From: Ranitomeya imitator
Taxonomy: Eukaryota
DNA: 64,000 nt
Assembly (NCBI RefSeq): GCF_032444005.1
Contig: NC_091282.1
Coordinates: 326,554,001-326,618,000, forward strand
Direction: 5' to 3'
The notes beneath the pieces were generated by a model. It did not search any database and was not told where the DNA came from. It worked only from the letters and a program-made list of their open reading frames with translations. The translations under genes and the position numbers were made by a program. Positions 45,701-57,269 of the stretch are shown one piece after another; position 1 is the first letter of the stretch; each line of letters starts with the position of its first letter.

Positions 45701-47931
45701 CCAAGATGTGTGAATGGGCCATGTCCAACACTTTCCGTCTATACGGACCCGGCACTATCAACTGCTCTACCAACTCCTCCCGTATTTTCGTGACACGGTA
45801 CAACAACTCCCCCCTCAACAGAAAATGGGGAAATCTTGTGTCTGCCCCCGGCTCCTGTACCACCCCGTCAATAACTGTGACATTATTAAAGGCTTCCCTC
45901 AGAGTGGGTTCCCTATGTTGGGCAGTCCCAAAATTTTCACCGGTAACTTCTAACTCCAGAATGTCAGATGTAGGGGATACTTCCTCCTCATCCCCAACCA
46001 GAACACAAAAAGGAAAACTGTCTGCCTCTGGGTGTGGCGATACCCTTCCAGGGTTCACTGGTTCCCTGCCAGGCAGCTCAGAACCATTTCCCCACAAATC
46101 CCAAAACAAACAGAAATCCCGGCCAATAATTATAGGGTGCAACAAGTCCTGAACCACGCCGACTATGTGGGACTCAGTGCCACATGCCGTTTCAATGTCC
46201 ACCCTGGCCATAGGGTAGTCCTTTGCATCACCATGTATGCACCGCACTCCGACCTTCTTTCCTGGGAGCAGGTGGAGAGGAAAAGTGGCCCTCACCAGGG
46301 TCACTAGGCTCCCCGAGTCTAATAGTGCCGTTACTGCTCGACCGTTCACCTTTACGGGACACGCTTGAGGTCCCTCGTTGGATGGAGAGTTCACACTACA
46401 GGCTGGATACGCATAGTATGAACAACGGCGTCCCATGCTGCAGTCCATCTGCTCAGTGGTTTGGGAACAACGGGCAGCTATATGTCCTGGCTTGTGGCAC
46501 CTCCAACAAATAATATCACCCGTGGGGACCTTGGGCACCACCTCCCCCGCCCTTTGTGACCTTGGACGCACCACCCCTTTTTGGGACTCAGCTGCCTTCT
46601 GGGACCCCCAGTACGGCATGGGCTGCCTCCCGAAGGAGCCTTCCAACCCTTGGTATCTCTCAACCAGTCCGATCAGCTCGTCGGCATTCTGGGGATCACC
46701 CTGGGCAACCCAAGACTGTATAGGCCTCGGGAGGGAATGGACAAACCGATCCATCATCACCCGTTCTACCATCTGTGCAGGCGCAGAGGATTCTGGCTGC
46801 AGCCATTTCTGGACCAGGTGCAACAGATCAAACATTTGGGAACGAGGTGGTTTGTCCCGGTGATAGCCCCAGGAGTGAACTCGCTGTGCCCTGACAGTCA
46901 GTGTCACCCCCAAACGTGCGAGAATCTCGGCTTTCAATTTGTGATACTCTTTAGCATCCTGCAAGGTCAAATCATAGTACGCCTTCTGGGGTTCTCCCGT
47001 CAGGTATGACGCAAGTACCTCTGCCCACTGCTCTGGCGGAAGTTTTTCCCTCTCAGCGACCCTCTCAAACACCGTCAGGAAGGCCTCAACATCATCCCCG
47101 GGAGTCATTTTCTGCAATGCGCGTCTTACCGTCTTCCGGACGTGGGTGTCATCAGCCAAACCTGGGGTTGGGGCGCTCGCCTTGCCCTGGATGGCGGTTG
47201 CCAGAAGCTGCATCTGCTGCTGATGCTCCTGCTGGCTCTGCTGCATCTGCTGCTGTTGCTCCTGCTGGTTTTGCTGCATCTGCTGCCGTTGCTCCTGCTG
47301 GCTCTGTTGTATCTGCTGCATCAACAGCCTGTTGGTCTCTTGCTGCCTTTGCTCCTGCTGGCTCTGCCTTTTCTCCTGCTGTGACTGCATCTGGACCAAG
47401 TGTTTCAGCAGGTCCTCCATTTTCTCCAGCAATGCTTGCTGGCTTGCAACAGCCTTGACCCAGGACATTCAAAAATAAACTCACGTCTCCGCTGGGAACG
47501 CTGCTCGCACGTCTACCCCCAATTGTAAGGATTTCACTCACTCAGCTGCGACGGCTGACACTCAGGAGACGTGTTCCTTTAAAGTTCACTGGGTTTATTG
47601 CTTCATAAACCATGTGGCAAATAACAGAAAGCAAAATGGGCCTTTGGTTCAGGCAAAGAAAAGCAAGTGTCCAGTTCATCCGGCTCAGTCCTGAAGCCGA
47701 ACACACTCAGGAGGGTTTCACCTCCACACATATCTGCTGTGTAAAGGATTAGCCAGTCTTATAAAGAGCTAACCCCACCCAGTAACCCATCACATGATTA
47801 GCCATGTGGTCTGACATTACCACAGGTCCTGAAACACATATACCAGATTATGTGCAAGAAAGGAATACTCCGGGCTACATTACAGCAACCAGGCACTTAT
47901 GTGGCACATACCTCCCATCGACTACAAACCC
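42768..47931 (-). mobile_element. Gmr1-type Gypsy LTR retrotransposon, apparently intact and young
   Basis: LTRs at about 42768-43190 and 47524 to the gap at 47931, near-identical; PPT (AGAGGGGGGAGGTA on -) at 43191-43204; single long ORF. Confidence 0.93.
43119..47468 (-). CDS. Gmr1-type Gag-Pol polyprotein (SCAN-like CA, CCHC, PR, IN, RT, RNase H)
   Basis: 1449 aa without stop; CWRCHKPGHIAARC, LLDSGS, HILGGHLG..CPTC, IAMDLVGP, then YLDDIVIFS and TDASDVG, so integrase precedes RT. Confidence 0.95.
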   Translation of the reverse strand: MSWVKAVASQQALLEKMEDLLKHLVQMQSQQEKRQSQQEQRQQETNRLLMQQIQQSQQEQRQQMQQNQQEQQQQMQQSQQEHQQQMQLLATAIQGKASAPTPGLADDTHVRKTVRRALQKMTPGDDVEAFLTVFERVAEREKLPPEQWAEVLASYLTGEPQKAYYDLTLQDAKEYHKLKAEILARLGVTLTVRAQRVHSWGYHRDKPPRSQMFDLLHLVQKWLQPESSAPAQMVERVMMDRFVHSLPRPIQSWVAQGDPQNADELIGLVERYQGLEGSFGRQPMPYWGSQKAAESQKGVVRPRSQRAGEVVPKVPTGDIICWRCHKPGHIAARCSQTTEQMDCSMGRRCSYYAYPACSVNSPSNEGPQACPVKVNGRAVTALLDSGSLVTLVRATFPLHLLPGKKVGVRCIHGDAKDYPMARVDIETACGTESHIVGVVQDLLHPIIIGRDFCLFWDLWGNGSELPGREPVNPGRVSPHPEADSFPFCVLVGDEEEVSPTSDILELEVTGENFGTAQHREPTLREAFNNVTVIDGVVQEPGADTRFPHFLLRGELLYRVTKIREELVEQLIVPGPYRRKVLDMAHSHILGGHLGVEKTQERVVQRFYWPGCHREIVNYCRSCPTCQLTAPTPHFRNPLVPLPIIEVPFERIAMDLVGPLVKSARGHQYILVILDYATRYPEAIPLRNSSSKSIARELVHVFSRTGLPKEILTDQGTPFMSKVMRELCKALKISQLRTSVYHPQSDGLVERFNKTLKSMLRKAIEKDGRDWDCLLPYLMFSIREVPQASTGFSPFELLYGRHPRGLLDIAKETWEAEVTPHRSVIEHVALMQQRIAKVMPIVKEHLLQAQEAQARVYNRSARVRQFNPGDRVLVLVPTVESKFLAKWQGPYEVVEKLGEVNYKIHQPGRRKPFQVYHVNLIKPWQDREPTATPSLLSNPEGEVGAVTIAETLSKTQKQQCRELLQKNRDLFSELPGYTKVIEHEVLTEPHVRVNVKPYRIPEARREVISKEVERMLRLGVIEESKSGWSSPIVLVPKPDGEWRFCNDYRKLNEVSKFDAYPMPRIDELIERLGHARYISTLDLTKGYWQIPMAQEAKEKTAFSTPDGCFQYARMPFGLQGAPATFQRAMDRVLAPHKAYAAAYLDDIVIFSPDWESHLEKVQAVLDAIREAGFTINPKKCALGKEEAKYLGYIVGHGEIKPQINKVEAIQTWPKPVSKKQVKAFLGIVGYYRRFIPNFATMAAPLTDLLKGTKSVMVKWSEETESAFQEMKNALCKQPVLMAPNFKKEFILQTDASDVGVGAVLSQELHGEEHPVLYLSRKLSSSEKNYSVVEKECLAIKWAVDTLRYYLLGRKFRLVSDHAPLRWMRETKGRNARVTRWFLALQDFSFHVEHRAGKLHGNADAPSRIPCLVGESAKPHGFRQRGEVCSMAKGFVVDGRYVPHKCLVAVM

Positions 47932-48063
47932 NNNNNNNNNNNNNNNNNNNNNNNNNNNNNNNNNNNNNNNNNNNNNNNNNNNNNNNNNNNNNNNNNNNNN
48001 NNNNNNNNNNNNNNNNNNNNNNNNNNNNNNNNNNNNNNNNNNNNNNNNNNNNNNNNNNNNNNN
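47932..48063. other. Assembly gap (N run)
   Basis: 132 N; hides the outer end of the Gypsy 5' LTR and its TSD. Confidence 1.
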
Positions 48064-49143
48064 NTCTGTCAGTAGGACATACCCTCCTTAGTAGAGATGG
48101 GGTCTGGTGGGTTCAGCTTAACAGTTACAAAAGGTCAGAGTTCGGGTACCAGAAAAGTACCCGAACCTGGACCCCATTCACTTGAATGGGGGGCCCGAGC
48201 ATCCAGTGTTTGCGCTGTAATGTGCATGGCAGCGCGGCAAACACCGCTTCTGATGGGCGGTGAAATCATTCCCGCCAGTCAGAGAGCTGAGGTTCCCACG
48301 GTGTCAAAAGACAGCGTGAGCCCACAGTTGTGATCGGAGGTATGAAGTTTACCTCCGGTCACTGTTGTCATCTGATGGGACTACAGCTCCCATCAGCCGA
48401 TGCCTGCTGCCGCTAATAACAGCGAGAGCAGGAGGGGCAGATGGGAGTATTCATCAGCCGCTGTAAATAATTAAAAAAAAAAAACTGCGTGGGTTCCCCT
48501 GTATTTTTGTTAACCATCCAGGCATCCAGTTTTCAAGAATAGAGGGGTTCCCACGGCGTATTTTTTAATTATTTAAATAAATATACTTTTTAAAAAAACA
48601 GTGTCGGGTCCCCCATTTTTGACAACCAACCTTGCTAAAGCAGACAGTGAACCAAAATGTTATGTAAAATGTTCCCAATAAAAGTTTCAACTCCCACAAA
48701 AAAAGCCCCCGCCCTGGTTTGTTATCTGTTAGCGGAAATATAGGGGGCTTCCATGTTACTGGTAGCACAAAGGCTCTGGAATAGCACTATTGCTCCTCGC
48801 CCGCCAAAATAAATCCAGCAAATTCTGCACTTCCAAATCCAAATGTACCCCTCCCTTCGTGTGCTTAAACCACATTTAGTGCCCACATGTTTGGCTTTTC
48901 TGTAGTAATGAGAGCCCAACTAATTTGCGGGGTGTGTGTCTCCAGAAGCACGAGCCGGGCAGAATATACTGAGCACTACACTGGCATATTTGCAATCTCT
49001 GCAACATGCATTGCTGCTTGTTTCTGGAAAACACCCATGTAGTCAAATCATCACTATACTTGTAGATAAATTCCCAAAGAGGTATCATTTCCAAAAATGG
49101 GGTCACTTTCTGCTGTTCTGGCACTTAGGGTCTCTGTATATGG

Positions 49144-49329
49144 CAGTGTTCCCCAAGTTCAGTGCTCAAGAGCCACCAACAGGTCATGTTTTCAGGATTT
49201 CCTTAGTAGTGCCCAGGTGAGAATTCCATCATCTAGACAGGCAACAATTCTATCACCTGTGCAATACTAAGGAAATCCTGAAAACATGACCTGTTGGTGG
49301 CTCTTGAGGACTGGAGTTGGGGAACACTG
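49144..49329. mobile_element. hAT-type MITE, same family as 22771-22956
   Basis: CAGTGTTCCCC...GGGGAACACTG with a perfect 8-bp TSD GTATATGG. Confidence 0.88.
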
Positions 49330-51149
49330 GTATATGGAGTCTACAAACTTCGATTAATTTGTTCTCCAGGAGGCAAATAGCGCTCCATTCTTCCCAAGTC
49401 TCGCCATGTGGCTCGGTAGTACGGTACAGCCACATATGCGGTATTGCATTTTCAGCAGAAATCGTGTGACATATTATGGTGCCATTTTTACCCATTTCCC
49501 TGTGTAAAAATGTAAAATCTGGGGATAAACCTTATCATTTTTTTTTTTTTTAGGTAAAAAATGTAAATATTTTTTTTTCTTCACTGCCCAATGGCATAAA
49601 ATTCTGTAACACCCATGGTGTCAATATGAACACTGCACCACTAGATGAATTCATTGAGAGGTGTAGTTTGTAAAATGGGGTCATTTATGGGGGTTCTGCT
49701 ATTCTGGCACCTCAGGGGATCTGCCAATGTGACATGGCACCCATAACCGCAAAATCTGTGGTGCGCCTTCCCTTCTGAGTTTTACACTGTGCCTCAAAAT
49801 TAGTTTTCAACCACTTATGGGATATTGGCGAATTCAGATGAAATTGTACTGTTTCGTTTTCTCCTATTACACTTTTGAAAATTACAAACTTGGGGTCAAA
49901 GCAAGATTTTAGTACTTTAGTTCCTGTGAAGCACCTGAAGGGTTAATAAACTTCTTGAATGTGGGTTTGAGCACCTTGAGGGGTGCAGTTTTTCGAGTGG
50001 TTTCACTTTTGATTATTGTCTGTCATATAGGCCCCCCCAAAGTCACTTCCAATGTGATGTGGTCCCTAAAAAAATTTTTTTGATTTTGTACATTTTGTTG
50101 GATAGATTGCTGGTCAGTTTTTAACCCATCTAACTTTCTAATTTTTTTCTCTTATGTTTAAAAAAAATTGTGCTGATGTAAAGTAGACAAGTGAGAAATG
50201 TGATTTATTAACAACTTTGTGTGACATAACTCTGACTTAAGGGCATAAACATTAAAAGTTTGAAAAATGCAACATTTTCAAAAAGTTTCATCGGATTTCC
50301 AATATTTTTAGAAATGAACGCAAGTCGGGTCTAACAAATTTTACCACTGTCGTGAAGTACAATGTGTCACAAAATGCAATCTGAAAATCACTGGGATTCG
50401 TTGAAAAGTTCCCAAGTTATTACCTCATAAAGTGACACTGACCAGAATTTTAAACATTGGCCCGTTCACAAATGCGAAAACTGGCTCTGGCGCGAAAGGG
50501 TTAAAATAGTCTCTGGAGGCAGATTCTCAAGGAGATCTATGTCCGGCCTGTAGATCTTAACAGCTCGTTTACATATTGGGAAAAATGTGGATTTCTTGGA
50601 AATAAGACATTAGATCGCACATATCAAGGTATTGTTTAGTTCAACTTTGTGTGATCTGCATGACCATACAGGCGGCTGATCTTACAACAGTACCTAATAC
50701 ATAATGGTGTTCATGGAAGAACTGAACGTGTGCACATATGCTTAGTATTTGCAGCAGAAAAATTTGCTGCAATTACTGATGTGTTGGCAGGAAAAATGCT
50801 GCGCAAACTACACTCGTTATTTACGTGCGTTTTTTAAGCAAATGCTTCTTCCATTTAGAAGAATGGGTGAAAAACGCCCAAACCATTGACATGCTGCATA
50901 CTTGAAACTGCTTCAGATCTGCAGTAAAAAAATAAACACGATCATTTTATTTCAGAAATCTCAATTACTCTGCTGGGACAGTATAGTGCTTCATGTTTTG
51001 CAGGGAAAACGGGCCAAAAGCACAACGTGTGAGCATATCCTAATATTTGCATTTTTTTTTTTTTTTTTTTTTTTTACTTGAATAGTAGCAGAGCCGCATT
51101 ATTTGAGAAAGGCCCGTATTCTGTATGGAGGCAATCTTGTTTTTCCTTT

Positions 51150-52410
51150 GAACTAGTTGGCCCAACTCATCTGGTATTCTAGCATATGTATGTATGTACG
51201 TCGCGCTGTGAGTGGGGGTTAAATTCCGCGCCAATATCGCTGATTGGTCGCGTCCGGCTGGCCGATGAGCGAAACGTGGTTGAAATCCGGCGCCAATTCG
51301 CGGCCGGACTGCGCCTGTCGCTGATTGGTCACAGGATGTTTGGGGTGCAGGATATAGTACAGCCACGTAGTATATAACACAGCCACATAATATATGGCAC
51401 AGCCACGTAGTATATAGCACAGCCACGTAGTATGCAGTATATAGCACAGCCACGTAGTATGCAGTATATAGCACAGCCACGTAGTATATAGCACAGCCAC
51501 GTAGTGTATATAGCACAGCCACGTAGTGTATATAGCACAGCCACGTAGTGTATATAGCACAGCCACGTAGTGTATATAGCACAGCCACGTAGTGTATATA
51601 GCACAGCCACGTAGTGTATATAGCACAGCCACGTAGTATATAGCACAGACAGCCAAGTAGTGTATATATAGCACAGCTACGTAGTATATAGCACAGCCCA
51701 CGTAATACATAACACTGCCCACGTAGTATATATCAGTCACGCAGTATATAACACAACCCACGTAGTATATAGCCGTGTGGGCACCATATCCCTGTTAAAA
51801 AAAGAATTAAAATAAAAAATAGTTATAAACTCACCCTCCGGCGTCCAAAGAAGCTGTCCCGATGCGTGCGAGGCTGCCGCCAGCTTCCGTTCCCAGTGAT
51901 GCATTGCGAAATTACCCAGATGACTTAGCGGTCTCGTGAGACCGCTAAGTCATCTGGGTAATTTCACAATGCATCACTGGGAACGGAAGCTGGCGGCAGC
52001 CTCGCCACTTGCGTGCATCGGTGGACGGCGGAAGGTGAGAATAGCACCATTTTTAAATTTTTTTAAAATTATTTTTAACATATCTTTTTACTTTTGATGC
52101 TGCATAGGCAGCATCAATAGTAAAAAGTTGGTCACACAGGGTTAGTAGCAGCGTTAACAGACTGCGTTACACCGCGTTATGCCGCAGTGTAACGCAATCG
52201 GTTTAACGGACTGCTAAAACGCCATGTGGGCGGCGGGCGCTGACTGGGGGGGAGGGAGTATGGAGGGGGCACTGACTGCAGGGGAGTAGGGAGCGGCCAT
52301 TTCGCGGCCGGACTGTGCCCGTTGCTGATTGGTTGCGGCCTTCTGGCCACAACCAATCAGCGACTTGGTATTTCCGTGACAGACAGAAGTGCCCCTTAGA
52401 CGATTATGAA
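51150..52410 (-). mobile_element. Helentron/DINE-1-like element
   Basis: Reverse-complement relative of 32808-34375, with a gtatatagcacagccacgta tandem array. Confidence 0.65.
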
Positions 52411-53436
52411 ACATTGCCACGCCGTTCAGGCATTAAAATTCACTTTTTCTTCAGTTTTTCTGTGCTGTTTTCCTTTTTTTGATTCTACATTTGGAGGTCA
52501 CTGGATTGGTGGTTAGGAAAGCTTTGCATGTCATCTGAGATAACGCTGGATGCTGTTCCAATTTTTTTCTTATATATAATATGTGTGTGTTTTCCCGAAT
52601 ATTTGAGCCCATGGATCCATTATATGTCCATTTTGCAAGCCGGCGAGAAAATCTCGCTATTCGGATGTCATACGGCTGTCACACGGATGCTAACAAGCGA
52701 GAAAATCGCATCCTTGCACTGCACACGGATGACATACGGATCACTGTCAGGGAACATTTCTGCAATTGTCGTCCTTGTAAAAAACGGACCGATTATTATT
52801 ATTTTATTTTTTTTATGCGTTGTGTGTGACTCCAGCCTAAAGGAGATCCCCCAACATTAAACATAATGGTATTTTACTTACTGATCAGAAGGGGTCTGAT
52901 TGTCAGGACCTTGCAAAAGAACAGGGGCAGCAGCATTTTTTTTTTTCCCCTCCACAGCAGCACTGCCATCTATCTGCAGTGTAGGGAAGTGCAACACAGC
53001 CCTATGTATGTGAACGGAGCAGCCCCCTTGTACCGCGGTGCGACTTTGACAATAAAAATGATGAAGGAGAATTGACCCCATAACTGAGCGTATTTACACC
53101 ATTGTATAATAATTGGGAATATCCCTTAAAAAAAAAAAAAAAAAAAAAAGTATATCTGCAGATTATCTTACCTTTTTTTCCCCCTACGGTTGGATTTTTT
53201 TTTTTCAATTTTTGCAAGGTTGTTTCCACCAATCTCTCCCATCGGGAACAATGTACAGTCTGAGTTATGTCAGTGAGTTGATTTTTGTTATGCTGTAATG
53301 TCTATTGTCTGTACAAATCCTCTCTATAGTTTGTAAAGTGCTGCGGAATATGTTGGCGCTATTTAAATAAAATTATTATTATGTCAACGCTGCAGTTTTT
53401 TACTTGGAACCAGAGGTGACTCCAGGTCACCAATAA

Positions 53437-53852
53437 GGCCTCTTTCACACTTACGTCAGAATGTGCCCGTCACAATGCGTCGTTCTGTGAAAAAAAACGC
53501 GTCCTGCAAAGTTGCCCGCAGGATGCGTTTTTTTCACATAAACTTGTATTACCGATGCATCGCGACGTATGGACACACGTTCCATACGTCGTGCACTGGA
53601 TGTGTCGGTATTTGGCGGGCCGTCGTTTCAAAAAAACGTTCAAGGGAACGTTTTTTCGAACGTCGTGTCCTGCAATTTTGAGTGCGCTTGCCCGGCCGGC
53701 ACTCCACCCTCCCCGGGCCTTAACATTGAGCAGCGGACGCGTTGAAACAATACGTCCGCTGCTCACGTCAGTTAAAATTGCACACACTTCCGTCGGGACG
53801 TCGCGCCGACGCTTGGCGACGGGCACATTCCGACGTAAGTGTGAAAGAGGCC
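53437..53852. mobile_element. PIF/Harbinger-type MITE
   Basis: TAA TSD; TIR GGCCTCTTTCACACTTACGTC / GACGTAAGTGTGAAAGAGGCC. Confidence 0.88.
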
Positions 53853-55372
53853 TAAGCTGCAACCTTAGAAGGAAGATAGACTTTTCAATGACTGTCCAAT
53901 AATACAGAAAATCTGATGGTTCAGAACCTGTCCGGTCCCTTTTAGGCTGCATTCATTTATATCTTCAGTTTTAAAGCTGAAGTCTTAAACAGGTAAAGTT
54001 TTACTTTTATTCTACTTCCACGTATGTAGCAAATATCTTATATGTACCTGCCTAAAATCGGCTGGGCAAGGAGTTCGGCAAGCTGGAAAGCTCCCAAGGC
54101 AAATGTTAGGATTTGTTTCAGCTTTGTGGTAGTATGCTTTGGGGTAGTGTGGTGCCACCTGCAGATCATTTTTCCTTACTACAGGTTTATGAAAATTAAT
54201 GTTTAAAGTGTATTTTGTGATAACATCATGGATGTGTGGTTTGTTTGGCTATTTTCTTGCTGAAGAGGGCAAGTTTACCTTTCAAATGGTGTACCATTTG
54301 TGTGTGTGGGTGCAGTATGAACGAAGATACAAAGGAATCACCGAAAAAGAGTGTTTTGAAATAATACAAAAGGATAGGTCAATATCTAAGCACTGCACAG
54401 TCCTTGAAGAAGCAGCAGACTGATATGGACACAATAGGGGGGTTAAGGGAAGGATATTTTATCTGCAACCGCAGTGCAATGATTATAATATGTAATTATG
54501 GGAAAATATGAAGCTGCCTTACAGCAAGGGGAATGTAGCAGTGTGAAGAGTGTTATATGTGGTGGCATGCTATGTGAGCAGAACGTTACAAGAGGCATCT
54601 GCAGATTTTACTGTCTTGTTTATTTCTGCTGTCATTGCTTCCTGTGCTTTCCATCTTGTAAAACCTTACTGGATTATGCATCATTAATGCGACTTTTCTA
54701 CAGAAACAAGAAGAGCTTTTTCTTCCCAGCATGGTTCCACTGTACTGACATTTCAAGATCTTCTTCTTTATCAAGTTAACAAAGACTAGAGTCTAGACAG
54801 TAAAGATGAAGCCTTTCATTCCTGCAGGAAGCCTTGTGACATTCTGTAAGCTTCTGGGAAAACTGATCATTCATGGCCATTACAGCCTTTCCATGTGGGT
54901 GGAATTCGGCGTGATGAATCCATGGCATGCGCCATTTGCCTGGTTTTCTAAGGGTATGTGCATACGTATCTGTGAGGGCTGCGGATTTTTCCGTAGCGGA
55001 TTTCTTAAATCCGCAGGGCAAAACCGCTGCGGATTTATCGCGGTTTCTATTGCGGATTCCGCTGCGGGTTTACACCTGCAGTTTTCTATTGGAGCAGGTG
55101 TAAACCCGCAGCGGAATCCGCACAAAGAATTGACATGCTGCGGAATGTAAACCGCTGCATTTCCACACGTTTTTTTCCGCAGCATGTGCACTGCGGATTT
55201 CGTTTCCTATAGGTTTACATTATACTGTAAACGCATGGGAAACCGCTGCGGATCCGCAGCAAAATCCGCAGCGTGTGCACATACCCTAATAGTCCATTCC
55301 TGTGTCTGTAATTAGAGCTGTCGTACAATAAGACCGTACTGTATGCACTAATGGGCTGACCTGTGCTTTCAG

Positions 55373-55516
55373 ACCGCCATTGACCAGCAGGAGTTACTGT
55401 GCGGACAGATAGCGGGGGTTGTTCGCTGCCTGACTGAGATTTCCGGTTCTCCACCCAATCTTATCCGGTTGCGGAAACAAAAATTTGCGATCCAGGTGCA
55501 CGGGGAATATTTGTGG
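55373..55516 (+). CDS. HPS4: HPS4 coding exon (144 bp)
   Basis: tttcag|[48 protein letters not shown]|gtaagt. Confidence 0.97.
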
Positions 55517-56534
55517 GTAAGTATTTATTAAAGCAAAGTAGTCATGAGCATTTACCCCCAGTATTAGCGCTAGATCAGCCTCATAATACCCTCTTTAATA
55601 ATGGCGGAATAACCCTAAATAAGCCCTTGCAAATTCTAAATGAGTTAATTTGTACAGATGAAATGGAAAAACGTCTAATATTCATTTTCTGATCTATAGT
55701 CTATGTTCTGTTGTGAATAAATATGGCTCTAAGAAATTTCCAATTATTGCATTCTTTTTTTTCCTTGCATTTTACACCGCGTCCCAACTTTTTTGTACTT
55801 GGGGTTGTAGTATTTTTTGCTTTTAGGATAATCTTGGACTTTAATTGATACTTAGGCAATTGCCTTCTTACTATATCATTATTTAGGCAGTACATGGACA
55901 GAATGTTTTATGTATAATGGTCTATTTATATAATTAATAATAAAAGCTAGGTTTTAGAGCTTGTTAGTGAGGGTTTTTTCGGGGGTATTCCAACTGTAAT
56001 AAAATATAGATCTGAGTAGTCTCACATGTACGGTCCATATAAACGGTTCATGCTACCATCCGAAATTGGTATTTCATCCTGTATAGGAATAGTTCGATCT
56101 GAAACTACAAGTCTGCAGTCACGTTGTGTGACTGCAGACTTGTGAGCCCTTACATACTGTGCGCTGTGAGGAATCTCCGGTGTCAGTGCTGAGAACAGTG
56201 GTCGTGTGACCGCACGTAGGCGTAATGCACGCTTTCTGCCACAATGCAGCTAGACTGTTTCCGGCCTGTCTTTTCCTGCCATGTTCATCTAGTTGGATTG
56301 TGGCCCGGGAATATGCATATCATATTCTTGCAGTCACATGACAGGTGTCCCCACCCCACTCGCGCTGACATCGGAGATTCCTCACACTGAGCTGTGCACT
56401 ATGTCAGGATTCACAAGTCTCCTGTCACATAGTGACTGGACACTTGTAGTGGACAACCCCTTTAAATGGATCATTGGACGGTATGCAACTTGGTTTTATA
56501 GCGTTTCTTTATCTTTTGCACTTGTTTCTTTCAG

Positions 56535-56642
56535 GCCCTTGGATGCTCTGTAGAGGTTTCTGATGTCACGTGCAAGTGTTTCTTGGAGGATCTGATAGGG
56601 CTCTTCCGGTTTTACAATGGGCCATTATGGCATGCTTATCGG
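56535..56642 (+). CDS. HPS4: HPS4 coding exon (108 bp); gene continues beyond what I can identify
   Basis: tttcag|[36 protein letters not shown]|gtaatt. Confidence 0.96.
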
Positions 56643-57125
56643 GTAATTCTTAGCATAAGACCTGTTTTGTTTGTGTTAGGCTAAGATATAATAATTTCGG
56701 TCAGGAATATTTTTGTTTGTAATTGCTTTAACTATACTGCTCAACGTTGAAATTGCAACAATATGAAGGAAAACTCATGGAATTATGGAATCAGAAGATG
56801 GCTACACATGTTAATGAAATGAAAATTGTTTAAAAGGAAACAACATTTTCAAAACATCTAAACATAGTTAGCATAGCCATGCGCAGAAATCCCCACACTT
56901 ACAAGTTATGGCTGCTGTCAGTGAGGTTATTAATGGTTGTATGGGGAATGTTCTGCCACACTGAATGCGATTGGGCACGTAAATTATCAAGATCCGCCGC
57001 TGACAGCTCACTTTTGCAATTGCCGACCAATGACGTTCTAGATGTGCTTGCTGGGGGACAGGTCTAGACCGGGCGGACACTGACAGCATGGGGCTCATGT
57101 GCAAGAAATGTGTTTGGGGCCCCCT

Positions 57126-57269
57126 NNNNNNNNNNNNNNNNNNNNNNNNNNNNNNNNNNNNNNNNNNNNNNNNNNNNNNNNNNNNNNNNNNNNNNNNNNN
57201 NNNNNNNNNNNNNNNNNNNNNNNNNNNNNNNNNNNNNNNNNNNNNNNNNNNNNNNNNNNNNNNNNNNNN
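57126..57269. other. Assembly gap (N run)
   Basis: 144 N. Confidence 1.

Noticed and set aside
47495-47523. Possible tRNA-Ala primer-binding site (TGGGGGTAGACGTGCGAGCA on -)
   Set aside because: Position fits, but the match to the recalled TGGTGGAGAATGCGGGCA is too degenerate to assign the tRNA
47152-47541. Ala-rich ORF in an alternative frame of the Gypsy gag
   Set aside because: Alternative-frame reading of the CAG-rich glutamine repeat
48064-50510. Large repeat-like block ending aaagggttaa (possible TTAA-type non-autonomous DNA element)
   Set aside because: Left end is hidden by the gap and there is no coding remnant; cannot be classified from sequence alone
54690-54850. Possible extra exon in the HPS4 intron (ttttctacag|aaacaagaagag...)
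   Set aside because: No HPS4 similarity, an early stop, and flanking exons already join in phase
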